Shown here in pieces: positions 1 to 9,889 of a stretch of DNA of 64,000 bases; the first letter of the stretch is position 1; each line of letters opens with the position of its first letter. Source of the stretch: an uncultured virus (IMG/VR IMGVR_UViG_3300022602_000089) (lineage: Duplodnaviria; Heunggongvirae; Uroviricota; Caudoviricetes); IMG/VR virus record IMGVR_UViG_3300022602_000089. One strand, 5' to 3'. The translations under genes and the position numbers were made by a program. The notes beneath the pieces were generated by a model. The model saw nothing but the letters and a program-made list of their open reading frames with translations. It had not been told where the DNA came from and made no database searches.

Positions 1-82
1 CCCCATACCCCATGATCTAGACAAACAACTCCACTTTTTCCCCAAACACCTACCCTTCAACTTTACATATCTTATCTATATA

Positions 83-95
83 AATCAACAACTTA
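83..95 (+). promoter_or_regulatory. IHF-consensus site in the non-coding region upstream of the terminase genes
   Basis: AATCAACAACTTA matches WATCAANNNNTTR. Confidence 0.5.
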
Positions 96-405
96 ACTTA
101 AAAATTACCTCAAAATCGGCATTAAGTACACCCCTTCATAAATTTCCGCCAAAACGTACTTTTTTGCTTGTAACTTATTAATTTTAAACAATAAAAAGTG
201 CCAAACACCCCACCTAAAATGAACATGTTTGTAACTTTACATATTACTTTGACCCCACCCCCTACTAAAATATTTATTTGACCCCACCCCCTGACTTTTT
301 TGGATGAAGAGCCATGCGTTCGGCGCATAGAAAACACCCCCCGTAGGAGTCCCAAAACTAAAAAGTGGGGGTATAATATTTATAAATTCCTGTGAGAAGG
401 ACTTT

Positions 406-428
406 GGGGGCTTAGGCCCCCTTTTTTT
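406..428 (+). terminator. Rho-independent terminator upstream of the terminase operon
   Basis: GGGGGC-TTAG-GCCCCC followed by T7. Confidence 0.75.
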
Positions 429-473
429 AGTAAAAAAACTCTTTACACATAAAAAATATTATATAATTTGGAC

Positions 474-1046
474 ATGGACACGTATATTCCTGAAATTGAA
501 GCAGATATTGCCTTGCCGAAGAACGCGCAAGACGCATTCCCGTCCCTAACACCCCAAGAAGAACTCAACATGCGGGCCAATGTTGTTGCTTTAATGTCAG
601 AATTAACTGGACAGGCTATATCTCCTACCCAAGATAACGTAGAGGAAGCAAAAAATCTAGCCAGGCAGATGGCAGAGAACCCCAAGTTCCGCCCTGAGTT
701 CAATCAATATCCAAATGAGACGCTTGCAATGCTGGCTGGCATGGTTGCGCAGATGAATGTGTCTATCGTTGATGAACTTTCTGAGCTAAAGACATATGTA
801 GTGAACCAATTAATTCATTCTGTAGAAGCCGCTAAAGATGTAAAGACTAAAGTTACTGCACTTAGGACTCTAGGTGAGGTAGATGGAGTAGACGCATTCA
901 AAAAACGTACAGAAGTTACTCTCAAAATCCAAACTATTGAAGAAGTTGAGGCCGAACTCATAAATTTACTTGACCAAGTAGAGACTAAATATATAGATGT
1001 GGAAGCAAAAGAGGTGTTTGACGAGGTAAAAGACAACGATGAGTGA
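474..1046 (+). CDS. Probable terminase small subunit
   Basis: Helical ~190-aa ORF overlapping the terL start; ATG at 474 preferred to TTG at 468; assigned by position. Confidence 0.55.
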   Translation: MDTYIPEIEADIALPKNAQDAFPSLTPQEELNMRANVVALMSELTGQAISPTQDNVEEAKNLARQMAENPKFRPEFNQYPNETLAMLAGMVAQMNVSIVDELSELKTYVVNQLIHSVEAAKDVKTKVTALRTLGEVDGVDAFKKRTEVTLKIQTIEEVEAELINLLDQVETKYIDVEAKEVFDEVKDNDE

Positions 1047-2577
1047 GCTCAAACTCACCCAAGAGCAGCTATTTAAACTGCGAATAGTGGTAGAAAACCC
1101 TAAAACTCCACTTCAAATTAAGCGAAAAGCGAAGGATTTACTGGAGAAATATGATGAGTTTCTTACCCAAGCAAGAGGAAAACTATCCTTTTTGGACTTT
1201 GTTAAACATGTGTACCCAGGCTACAAAGTCGGGCCTCACCATCTCAAGCTGGCTCAGATTTTTGAAGACATTGCTGCGGGAAAGAAAAAACGCGTCATTG
1301 TTAATATTGCTCCACGACACGGTAAGTCTGAGCTCATATCCTACCTCGCGCCAGCATGGTTCCTCGGTAAGTACCCCCAGAAAAAAATTATTATGGCATC
1401 GCACACAGCGGATCTTGCTGTTAACTTTGGTCGTCGTGTTAGGAATCTGGTCGGTTCAGAACCGTATAAAAACATTTTTCCGCAAGTAGAATTGCAAGCC
1501 GATAGTAAATCAGCATCACGATGGGGAACTAATTTTAATGGTGAATATTTTGCTATTGGTGTGGGTGGCGCACTTGCTGGTCGTGGTGCCGACTTGTTTA
1601 TTATTGACGACCCTCATTCCGAGCAAGAAGCAAAAACTGGGAGAGCTGAAGTATTTTTGCCTGCTTGGGAATGGTTTCAGTCTGGGCCTATTCAGCGTCT
1701 TATGCCTGGCGGAGCAATTATTGTAGTGATGACAAGATGGTCAAAGCTAGATTTGACTGGTCAGATTGTAAAACAGATGGAGCAAAACGACACTCAGGGA
1801 GATATAGTTGAGCCATGGGAAGTAGTTGAGTTCCCCGCTATTAAAGATAACGGCGAATCTCTTTGGCCTGAGTTTTGGCCTGTTGAGGAGTTACTAGCTA
1901 AAAAAGCAGTATTAGATATTAGGTATTGGAATGCTCAGTTCATGCAGAACCCAGTATCAGAAGAAGGTGCGTTAATAAAAAGAGAGTGGTGGAATATATG
2001 GGATAAAGATACCCCGCCACAATGCGAACATATAATCATGTCGCTTGACGCAGCCCAAGAATCTAACAACCGTGCGGACTACAATGCGCTTACAACGTGG
2101 GGAGTATTCTTTAACGAGGAAGTTAATAACTACAATATTATTCTTCTCAACGCGATTAAAAAACGCTTAGAGTTTCCGGAGCTAAAGAAGCTTGTACTTG
2201 ATGAATATAAAGAGTGGCAACCGGATGCGTTCATGGTCGAGAAAAAGTCCAACGGGGCTGCGCTTTACCAAGAGCTCCGTCGTATGGGTATACCGGTCCA
2301 AGACTTTACACCAGGCAAGGGCCAAGATAAGATTGCGCGCGTTAATGCCATTTCAGATTTATTTTCAGGTGGGGTTGTCTGGGCTCCGAGTCATAGATGG
2401 GCGAAGGACGTTATAGAGGAATGTAATGACTTTCCGAGCGGAGTAAATGACGACTTAGTGGACTCAACTACCTTAGCTCTGTTAAGATTTAGGCAAGGTG
2501 GATTTATACGTCTACCAAACGACGAACCAGAAGACGATTTTCTGTACAAATACCGCAAAAAGGCAGCGTACTACTAA
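1039..2577 (+). CDS. terL: Terminase large subunit
   Basis: Walker A-like APRHGKS, Walker B FIIDDP, coupling motif MTRW, nuclease residues SLDAA and DDLVD. Confidence 0.95.
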   Translation: MSELKLTQEQLFKLRIVVENPKTPLQIKRKAKDLLEKYDEFLTQARGKLSFLDFVKHVYPGYKVGPHHLKLAQIFEDIAAGKKKRVIVNIAPRHGKSELISYLAPAWFLGKYPQKKIIMASHTADLAVNFGRRVRNLVGSEPYKNIFPQVELQADSKSASRWGTNFNGEYFAIGVGGALAGRGADLFIIDDPHSEQEAKTGRAEVFLPAWEWFQSGPIQRLMPGGAIIVVMTRWSKLDLTGQIVKQMEQNDTQGDIVEPWEVVEFPAIKDNGESLWPEFWPVEELLAKKAVLDIRYWNAQFMQNPVSEEGALIKREWWNIWDKDTPPQCEHIIMSLDAAQESNNRADYNALTTWGVFFNEEVNNYNIILLNAIKKRLEFPELKKLVLDEYKEWQPDAFMVEKKSNGAALYQELRRMGIPVQDFTPGKGQDKIARVNAISDLFSGGVVWAPSHRWAKDVIEECNDFPSGVNDDLVDSTTLALLRFRQGGFIRLPNDEPEDDFLYKYRKKAAYY

Positions 2578-2586
2578 GGACAAATT

Positions 2587-5136
2587 ATGGCAATAGATAA
2601 AGCACTATATCAAGCCCCTCAAGGTATTGACCAACTAAGTGAACAAGAACCACATGAGTTGGAGATTAGTATTGAGGATCCAGAAGCGGTAGAAATTGGC
2701 ATCGACGGTGAGCCTATTATGCGGATGGAGAAAGAAGAAGCTCCTCCTGGATTTGATGATAACTTAGCTGAACACCTTGATGATAACGTGTTAAATAGTT
2801 TAGCTAGTGAATTAATAGCAGATTTTGAGAGCGACGTTAATGCAAGAAAAGACTGGATCCAAACTTATGTAGATGGTTTAGAACTTTTAGGTATGAAGAT
2901 AGAAGAAAGAGCTGAACCATGGGAAGGCGCTTGTGGAGTCTATCACCCACTATTAGCAGAAGCAGTTGTTAAGTTCCAAGCTGAAATTATGATGGAGACG
3001 TTTCCCGCAGCGGGGCCAGTTAAGACTCAGATTATCGGCAAAGAAACTCCTGAGAAAAAAGCCGCAGCTGAACGTGTCCGAGACGACATGAACTACCAGA
3101 TTACTGACGTGATGAAAGAGTTTAGACCTGAACATGAAAGAATGTTATGGGGATTAGGACTTGCTGGTAATGCGTTTAAGAAAGTATATTTTGACCCATC
3201 GATGCAAAGACAGGTATCTATATATGTACCAGCAGAAGATGTAGTTGTGCCATACGGCGCTTCAAGTCTAGAAGATGCTGAACGTGTAACTCATGTAATG
3301 AGGAAGAAAGAAAATGATGTAGTAAGACTACAGCATGAAGGCTTCTATAGAGACGTTGATTTAGGTACACCTGTACAAGTCATGGATGAGATCGAGAAAA
3401 AGATCGCCGAAAAGATGGGGTTCCGCGCGACTACAGATGATAGATTTAAGTTATTAGAGATGCACGTCGATCTAGATTTGCCTGGGTTTGAACATGAAGG
3501 TGATGATGGAGAAGTAACAGGTATTGCACTTCCTTATGTAGTAACAATAGAGAAGGGTACTAGCACCATCCTTGCAATTCGTAGAAACTGGAGACCAGAA
3601 GATGAAACACATCGCAAACGCAATCACTTCGTACATTACCCATATATTCCAGGATTTGGGTTCTATGCTTTTGGTCTTATCCACCTTATCGGTGCTTTTG
3701 CCAAGTCTGGTACTTCTCTTATACGTCAATTGGTCGATGCTGGGACACTTTCTAACTTGCCCGGTGGTTTCAAAGCACGCGGTATGCGAGTTAAAGGAGA
3801 CGATACCCCAATCGCGCCTGGAGAATGGCGAGACGTGGATGTACCTTCCGGATCAATGCGCGATAACATGTTGCCGCTACCTTATAAAGAACCAAGTACA
3901 GTATTATTCCAACTGTTCCAGAACATAATTGAAGAGGCTCGCGTATTTGCCGGATCCGCAGATATTAGTGCTTCAGACATGAGCGCAAATGCTCCTGTTG
4001 GGACTACATTGGCTATTTTAGAAAGAACTCTTAAAACAATGAGTGCGATACAAGCTCGTATTCACTATTCAATGAAGCAAGAGTTTCAACTTCTAAAAGA
4101 TATTATTAGGGACTATGCCCCAGAAGAATATGAGTATGAGCCAGTTGAAGGTAGTAGGATGGCAAAACAGTCTGACTACGATATGGTTTTTGTTCTGCCT
4201 GTGTCTGACCCTAATGCCGCTACCATGGCGCAAAAAGTTGTACAGTATCAAGCAGCATTGCAGCTTGCTCAGACTGCCCCACAGTTGTATGACTTACCAA
4301 TACTACATCGCCAGATGCTTGATGTGATCGGCATTAAAAATTATCAGAAGCTTGTTCCGTTGCCAGAAGATATGAAGCCGCGTGATCCAGTAACTGAGAA
4401 TCAGAATATCTTGTCGCAAAAACCTGTTAAAGCGTTTGTTTATCAGGACCATCAGGCGCACATATTAAGTCACCAAGCTTTAATACAAGATCCACATATT
4501 GGCCAATTGTTGCAGTCAAACCCACAGTTAGGCCAACAGATCCAAGCAGCTTTAACTGCGCACGTATTTGAGCATTTAGGTATGGAGTACCGTAAGCAGA
4601 TCGAACAAAGAATGGGTCAGACTTTACCCCCAATACCTGATGATGCAGATGAAGAAGAAAAGGGAATGTCTCCAGAAATGGAGATACAAGTCTCCAGAAT
4701 GGCGGCTCAAGCAGCTCAACAGATGTTGCAGCAACACCAACAAGAAGCTCAACAGCAACAGAATCAGCAGACTGCCCAAGATCCAATCATTCAGTTACAG
4801 CAACAAGAGCTTCAGATAAAAGCCCAAGAGCAGCAAAGAAAAGCCCAGAAAGATCAGCAAGACTTCCAGCTTAAGCAGATGCAGCTTCAGATTGAAGAAA
4901 AACGGATTACGGTCCAGCAGGAAACTGAAGGGGCTAAGATGGCAATTCAAGCTCAGCTTGCTAAGAGTAAAGAGCGTACTTCACAAGAAGCTGAAGGTGC
5001 AAGAATGGCTATCGATGTAAGTAAAGCTCGTGAGCAACAAGCTCACCAAAAAGAAGTAACACGGATGCAAACAGATGCACAGAAAGAATTAGCAACAAAA
5101 CAAATGAACCAAGCACCTAAAAAGGAAACTAAATGA
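2587..5136 (+). CDS. Portal protein with long Gln-rich coiled-coil C-terminus (P22-like barrel)
   Basis: Follows terL; 849 aa; GNAFKKVYFD and PGFGFYAFGLIH segments typical of podoviral portals. Confidence 0.85.
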   Translation: MAIDKALYQAPQGIDQLSEQEPHELEISIEDPEAVEIGIDGEPIMRMEKEEAPPGFDDNLAEHLDDNVLNSLASELIADFESDVNARKDWIQTYVDGLELLGMKIEERAEPWEGACGVYHPLLAEAVVKFQAEIMMETFPAAGPVKTQIIGKETPEKKAAAERVRDDMNYQITDVMKEFRPEHERMLWGLGLAGNAFKKVYFDPSMQRQVSIYVPAEDVVVPYGASSLEDAERVTHVMRKKENDVVRLQHEGFYRDVDLGTPVQVMDEIEKKIAEKMGFRATTDDRFKLLEMHVDLDLPGFEHEGDDGEVTGIALPYVVTIEKGTSTILAIRRNWRPEDETHRKRNHFVHYPYIPGFGFYAFGLIHLIGAFAKSGTSLIRQLVDAGTLSNLPGGFKARGMRVKGDDTPIAPGEWRDVDVPSGSMRDNMLPLPYKEPSTVLFQLFQNIIEEARVFAGSADISASDMSANAPVGTTLAILERTLKTMSAIQARIHYSMKQEFQLLKDIIRDYAPEEYEYEPVEGSRMAKQSDYDMVFVLPVSDPNAATMAQKVVQYQAALQLAQTAPQLYDLPILHRQMLDVIGIKNYQKLVPLPEDMKPRDPVTENQNILSQKPVKAFVYQDHQAHILSHQALIQDPHIGQLLQSNPQLGQQIQAALTAHVFEHLGMEYRKQIEQRMGQTLPPIPDDADEEEKGMSPEMEIQVSRMAAQAAQQMLQQHQQEAQQQQNQQTAQDPIIQLQQQELQIKAQEQQRKAQKDQQDFQLKQMQLQIEEKRITVQQETEGAKMAIQAQLAKSKERTSQEAEGARMAIDVSKAREQQAHQKEVTRMQTDAQKELATKQMNQAPKKETK

Positions 5137-5333
5137 TCGACGGCGAGTCAGCATTAAACCATGTAGCGCGACAGCTAGATGAAAAAATTCTACAACTTCA
5201 AGAGGCTTTAGCAGACGGACGTGTTGAAACTTTTGATGAATATAGAAAAGTATGCGGAGAAGTTAAAGGTCTACTTACCGCACGAACATACATAACAGAC
5301 CTAAAACGGAATATGGAGCATGATGATGAATAA
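5133..5333 (+). CDS. Small head-module protein
   Basis: ATGA overlap with portal stop; EYRKVCGEVKGL helix. Confidence 0.7.
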   Translation: MIDGESALNHVARQLDEKILQLQEALADGRVETFDEYRKVCGEVKGLLTARTYITDLKRNMEHDDE

Positions 5334-5733
5334 TGTAATAGATATTAATAAGGCGATAGATTTACGCGCGATTATGAAAGATTCAGAAGATAAGGCTAAG
5401 CAATTACCTAATCCTATGGGGTATCGTATTTTATGCGCAATCCCTGAATCGGAAGAATCCTTTGAAAACGGTATTCTTAAATCTGATGAAACAAGACGAC
5501 ATGATGAATTATTAACAACAGTCCTTTTTGTAGTAAAGATGGGGCCTGACTGTTATAAAGATCCTGAGCGTTTCCCAAGTGGGGCGTATTGTAAGGAAGG
5601 AGATTTTGTTCTTACAAGACCTAATGCTGGCACACGTTTAGTTATTCATGGGCGTGAATTTCGTTTGATTAATGATGATTCTGTAGAGGCAGTCGTACAA
5701 GACCCTCGTGGAATCAGCCGTAAGTTCTATTAA
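5320..5733 (+). CDS. groES: Phage co-chaperonin (GroES/Cpn10-like)
   Basis: PMGYRIL, GIL, VVKMGPD, KEGDFV and LINDDSVEAVV follow the GroES pattern; lies between portal and scaffold. Confidence 0.85.
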   Translation: MMMNNVIDINKAIDLRAIMKDSEDKAKQLPNPMGYRILCAIPESEESFENGILKSDETRRHDELLTTVLFVVKMGPDCYKDPERFPSGAYCKEGDFVLTRPNAGTRLVIHGREFRLINDDSVEAVVQDPRGISRKFY

Positions 5734-5742
5734 GGAGGGTAT

Positions 5743-6711
5743 ATGGCAGAAAATTATAAATTTCCCGATGAAATCGAGGAAGATAACAACGTAAGTTTTG
5801 AAGTGGAGGGCGTTGACGAGATTGAAATTGATATCGTTGATGACACTCCTAAAGAAGACCGGAATAGAAAACCTTTAGATTCAGAAGCAAAAGACCAACT
5901 TGAAACTTTGGATGAGTCTGAAGAATATTCTAAGAATGTAAAAGAGAAATTTTCACAGTATAAGAAGGCTTGGCATGAAGAAAGACGCGCAAAAGAAGCT
6001 GCTTTACGTGAACAACAAGAGGCTTTAAGGGCTGCTCAAGCTATTTTAGATGAGAATAAACGCCTACAAAGTCAATTAAGAAGCGGTGAAAAAGAAATAA
6101 ACTCTAACTATAAATCAGCCGCAAAAGCTGAGTTAGAGAAAGCTAAGAAAGACTATAAAGACGCTTATGATTCTGGCGACTCTGATAGACTTTTAAAAGC
6201 CCAAGAAGACATGGTAAAAGCACAGATTAAACTAGATAAGTCAAAAAAGTTTAAAAATACTGTACAAAATGACCAAAACAATGTAAAAATACCTGTACAG
6301 CAGCAACAACCGCAGGTCCAACCACAAATGGACCCTAAGTTTGCTCAATGGGTGTCACGAAATCAGTGGTTTGTTAATCCGGAAAAAAGACGGATGAAAT
6401 TATACGCTGAGGCATACCATGAGGAGTTGCAAAGTCAATATGGCGCAGGTTTTATCGGTACAGATGAATACTATAAACGTATTGACGATGAAATGAAAAC
6501 TAGGTTCTCGGATGAACTTGGTGGGGCAGTAAGAAACGATGAGGATAAACCTCAACGTACGCAAAAACTAAGCACGGTAGTAGCCCCTGCTAAACGGAGT
6601 ACAGCGTCTAAAAGAATTGTGCTTACTAAATCAGCATTAGCTACAGCAAAAAAGCTTGGTGTAACACCAGAGCATTATGCCCGTGAATTTGTTAAATTGG
6701 AGAATCAATAA
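5743..6711 (+). CDS. Probable capsid scaffolding protein
   Basis: Acidic N-terminus, long coiled coil, C-terminal AKKLGVTPEHYA helix; position before capsid genes; SD AAGGAGG. Confidence 0.7.
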   Translation: MAENYKFPDEIEEDNNVSFEVEGVDEIEIDIVDDTPKEDRNRKPLDSEAKDQLETLDESEEYSKNVKEKFSQYKKAWHEERRAKEAALREQQEALRAAQAILDENKRLQSQLRSGEKEINSNYKSAAKAELEKAKKDYKDAYDSGDSDRLLKAQEDMVKAQIKLDKSKKFKNTVQNDQNNVKIPVQQQQPQVQPQMDPKFAQWVSRNQWFVNPEKRRMKLYAEAYHEELQSQYGAGFIGTDEYYKRIDDEMKTRFSDELGGAVRNDEDKPQRTQKLSTVVAPAKRSTASKRIVLTKSALATAKKLGVTPEHYAREFVKLENQ

Positions 6712-7160
6712 TGGCTACAAATAGATTACAACGTGAGATGGAAAATCGTGAATTAACAGAGCGTCCTAAACAGTGGACGCCTCCGGAACTTCTCCCTGAG
6801 CCTGACAAAGAGGCTGGTTTTGCATATCGCTGGATTCGTGTATCAATGTTAAACGCTTCTGATCCCCGCAATATTTCCGCGAAATTTCGTGAGGGTTGGG
6901 TACCGGTGCATGTAGACGAACAACCACAATATAAACTGTTAGCCTCTCGTGATGGTCAGTACAAAGACAATATCGAAATAGGCGGGTTATTACTCTGTAA
7001 GATTCCAGAAGAGATTGTAGCTCAGCGTATGGCTTATGAAAATGGTCAAACTGCTGCTCAAGCGGAAGCTGTAGATAATAATCTAATGCGCCAAAGTGAC
7101 TCAAGAATGCCAATCTTTATGGAGCGGAAATCTAGTGTTACATTTGGTAAAGGCGGTTAA
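6711..7160 (+). CDS. Head-module hypothetical protein
   Basis: GFAYRWIR, REGWVPV and IGGLLLCKIP motifs; coupled to the scaffold gene. Confidence 0.7.
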   Translation: MATNRLQREMENRELTERPKQWTPPELLPEPDKEAGFAYRWIRVSMLNASDPRNISAKFREGWVPVHVDEQPQYKLLASRDGQYKDNIEIGGLLLCKIPEEIVAQRMAYENGQTAAQAEAVDNNLMRQSDSRMPIFMERKSSVTFGKGG

Positions 7161-7185
7161 CTTTAATTAATTTTAGGAGATTTAA

Positions 7186-8064
7186 ATGGCTTATCCTACA
7201 GTATCGGCCCCTTACGGGCTAAAGCCAGTTAACCTGATTGGTGGTCGAGTATTTTCGGGTTCTACCCGTATGTTCCCAATCACCAACGGTTATAGTACTA
7301 GTATGTTCAACGGTGACGTTGTGCAGATTGGTACATCGGCTAATATCGGTAATATCATTGCTTCATCGCTTACATATAATGCTTCATCTGCTGTTGCTGG
7401 CACGATTGGTGTTTTTGTAGGTTGTGAGTACTCAACTACAGGTGGCCCTATCTACGGTAAAAACCGTTATCAATTTTGGAATGCTTCTACAAGTGCTCCT
7501 GATGCGATTGGTTATGTTGTAGATGATCCACAAGCAGTTTTCCAAGCAGTTTGCTTGTCTAACCCAGCTGGTACTGGTGGTTCTACAACCATTCAATACC
7601 TAAACCCAGCGTTTGTTGGTTCTAATGCTTATTACATTGGTGCCGCTGCTGGTAATACTGGTTCGACAACTACTGGCGATTCTTCTGCTGGTATTGCGAT
7701 TTCTGCTGCTGCCACAAGCACTTCAGCAATCACTCCGTTGACTACATCTGCACCTTTCCGTATTGTTCAGGTTGTCCCTGCTTCAGCTGTTACTGTGACA
7801 CAAAATGCTACTACATCTAGCACAACTGTTACTTTATCTTCTGCTAATAGCGCAATTCTGCCTGGTATGGTTATTTCTGGTCCTGGTATTAATCCTGGCT
7901 CGAATACATATGTAACAACAGTAAACGGCACGACTGTGACTATCAATACAGCAGTAACAACTGCTCAATCGACCAATGCACAGTTTTCATTCACCGGCTA
8001 TCCGGAAGCATTAGTGGCATGGAACTTCGGTTACCATAGTTACTTTAATGCGACTGGCGTTTAA
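7186..8064 (+). CDS. Probable capsid decoration/cement protein
   Basis: APYGLKPV N-terminus, S/T/A/G-rich, strong SD, directly before the MCP. Confidence 0.6.
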   Translation: MAYPTVSAPYGLKPVNLIGGRVFSGSTRMFPITNGYSTSMFNGDVVQIGTSANIGNIIASSLTYNASSAVAGTIGVFVGCEYSTTGGPIYGKNRYQFWNASTSAPDAIGYVVDDPQAVFQAVCLSNPAGTGGSTTIQYLNPAFVGSNAYYIGAAAGNTGSTTTGDSSAGIAISAAATSTSAITPLTTSAPFRIVQVVPASAVTVTQNATTSSTTVTLSSANSAILPGMVISGPGINPGSNTYVTTVNGTTVTINTAVTTAQSTNAQFSFTGYPEALVAWNFGYHSYFNATGV

Positions 8065-8079
8065 TTAAGGAGCATCTAA

Positions 8080-8982
8080 ATGGCTATTTCTCGTGCACAA
8101 CTATTAAAAGAGCTCCTACCCGGATTGAACGCTTTGTTTGGTTTGGAGTATGCTCGCTACGGCGAAGAACACAAAGAGATTTATGAAACTGAAGCCTCTG
8201 AGCGTTCTTTTGAAGAAGAAACAAAACTGTCTGGATTCTCTGCTGCGCCAGTCAAAAACGAAGGCCAAGCCATCGCGTATGACAATGCACAAGAAGCATG
8301 GACAGCCCGCTATAACCATGAGACTATCGCTCTTGGCTTCTCTCTAACAGAAGAAGCTATTGAAGATAACTTGTATGACTCTTTGTCTGCACGTTATACC
8401 AAGGGTCTGGCTCGTGCTATGGCATATACCAAGCAAGTTAAAGCTGCTGCGGTATTGAACAACGGTTTCAACAACCAAGTAACATATGGTGACGGACAAC
8501 CTTTATTCTCTACAGCACATCCTTTGATTTCTGGTGGTGTTAACGCCAATACTCCATCTACTCCTGCTGACTTGAACGAAACTGCGCTTGAAAACGCTGT
8601 TATTCAAATCGCTGCATGGACTGATGAGCGTGGGCTGTTAATCGCTGCGCGTCCTAAGAAATTGGTTGTTCCACCTGCATTGCAATTCGTTGCAACACGT
8701 TTGTTAGACACAGAATTACGTGTTGGTACAAACAACAACGACATCAATGCAATTAAGAACAACGGTTCTGTTCCAGAAGGCTATACAATCAACCACTTCT
8801 TGACCGCTACTAACGCATGGTTCTTAACCACTGACGTTCCAAACGGCTTGAAGCATTTTGAACGTATCCCTTTACAGAACTCGATGGATGGCGACTTTGA
8901 TACTGGTAACGTACGTTACAAGTCTCGTGAGCGTTATTCATTTGGTGTTTCTGATCCATTAGGTATCTACGCTTCGTACTAA
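8080..8982 (+). CDS. Major capsid protein (Mu gpT-like)
   Basis: MAISRAQLLKELLPGLNALFG, GDGQPLFSTAHP, RPKKLVVPPAL and RERYSFG; biased codons; followed by a terminator. Confidence 0.9.
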   Translation: MAISRAQLLKELLPGLNALFGLEYARYGEEHKEIYETEASERSFEEETKLSGFSAAPVKNEGQAIAYDNAQEAWTARYNHETIALGFSLTEEAIEDNLYDSLSARYTKGLARAMAYTKQVKAAAVLNNGFNNQVTYGDGQPLFSTAHPLISGGVNANTPSTPADLNETALENAVIQIAAWTDERGLLIAARPKKLVVPPALQFVATRLLDTELRVGTNNNDINAIKNNGSVPEGYTINHFLTATNAWFLTTDVPNGLKHFERIPLQNSMDGDFDTGNVRYKSRERYSFGVSDPLGIYASY

Positions 8983-8988
8983 GATGTT

Positions 8989-9015
8989 AAGGGGGCCTAA
9001 AAAGCCCCCTTTTTT
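8989..9015 (+). terminator. Rho-independent terminator after the MCP
   Basis: AAGGGGGC-CTAAAAA-GCCCCCTT followed by a T-run. Confidence 0.8.
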
Positions 9016-9016
9016 A

Positions 9017-9044
9017 TTGCATTATTTTTTATTTGTAGTATTAT
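9017..9044 (+). promoter_or_regulatory. Possible sigma70 promoter
   Basis: TTGCAT-16 nt-TATTAT just upstream of the structured RNA. Confidence 0.45.
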
Positions 9045-9050
9045 CTAAAT

Positions 9051-9126
9051 AACTGGGTGATCAACTATTCCACCACTGCCCCAGCAGACAATGCAATGAT
9101 CGGAATAGTTACTTTTGCATAAGGAG
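9051..9126 (+). ncRNA. Kissing-loop structured RNA downstream of the gpT-like capsid gene, probably the Mu-gpT-DE motif
   Basis: CTGGG(9053-57)/CCCAG(9080-84), ATGCAA(9091-96)/TTGCAT(9115-20) and a 9-bp loop-loop helix AACTATTCC(9063-71)/GGAATAGTT(9102-10); context fits the described motif. Confidence 0.7.
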
Positions 9127-9132
9127 CCTACC

Positions 9133-9843
9133 ATGGCTAGAAGTACGTTCGAAGGACCGATTTTATCGGGCGATAATCGTTTTGGACCTGTTCGTGACGT
9201 TGGTTACACAGATTTAGTTCAAACTGCACTTTTAGATTTCTCTGTAACATCAGCTGGAGCTAATTTTGGTGGTAGTTCGGGAAACTTTGTTGCCTCAAAC
9301 AATATTCCAAATAGTGTTGCAACTATTTATAAGCCACAAGCTGGTGTATATAGCACAAACGGACCAACGGCAGCGACAGCTCCTACCGCTGATGCAACAA
9401 CTCTTGTATATCGTGGCTGTGTATTTTATCTACCATACAGCTGTAATATCACTGATGTGATTCTTGATATTGGTACAGTACCTAAAGATTCCGCTGGTAC
9501 ACCTTTGGCGGTAACTGCAATCCAACCTTATGTTTCTAACAACTTTGCAACTTCTACTGGTGTTTACGCTACATTTGCTAACATCTCTAGCCCAGCTGCA
9601 CAGCGTTATACAGGAACATTTGTTGGTTCACAACTAACCAATAGCAATACGACATTGCAAGATTTCCAAAACTTACAGCCTGGTACACAGCCTTCATGGT
9701 TTAGCCAAGTTGTTGTAACTTTGGCAATGACTACATCTGTTGCTGGTTTATCTTCTGGTCAAGTTGAAGTAACAATTCGTTACAACCAGAATGATATGAA
9801 CATTGGTACAAGTACAACTTACCCATACGGTAACTTTGACTAA
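9133..9843 (+). CDS. Virion structural protein
   Basis: MARSTFEGPILSG start after SD AAGGAG; S/T-rich beta-type composition. Confidence 0.7.
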   Translation: MARSTFEGPILSGDNRFGPVRDVGYTDLVQTALLDFSVTSAGANFGGSSGNFVASNNIPNSVATIYKPQAGVYSTNGPTAATAPTADATTLVYRGCVFYLPYSCNITDVILDIGTVPKDSAGTPLAVTAIQPYVSNNFATSTGVYATFANISSPAAQRYTGTFVGSQLTNSNTTLQDFQNLQPGTQPSWFSQVVVTLAMTTSVAGLSSGQVEVTIRYNQNDMNIGTSTTYPYGNFD

Positions 9844-9850
9844 TTAATCC

Positions 9851-9871
9851 GAGGGGCTTCGGCCCCTTTTT
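9851..9871 (+). terminator. Rho-independent terminator
   Basis: GAGGGGC-TTCG-GCCCCTT followed by TTT. Confidence 0.8.
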
Positions 9872-9889
9872 AAAATTTAGGAGATTAAT

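Noticed and set aside
122..355. 77-aa minus-strand ORF
   Set aside because: Lies in repeat-rich non-coding DNA, with no RBS or recognisable motif
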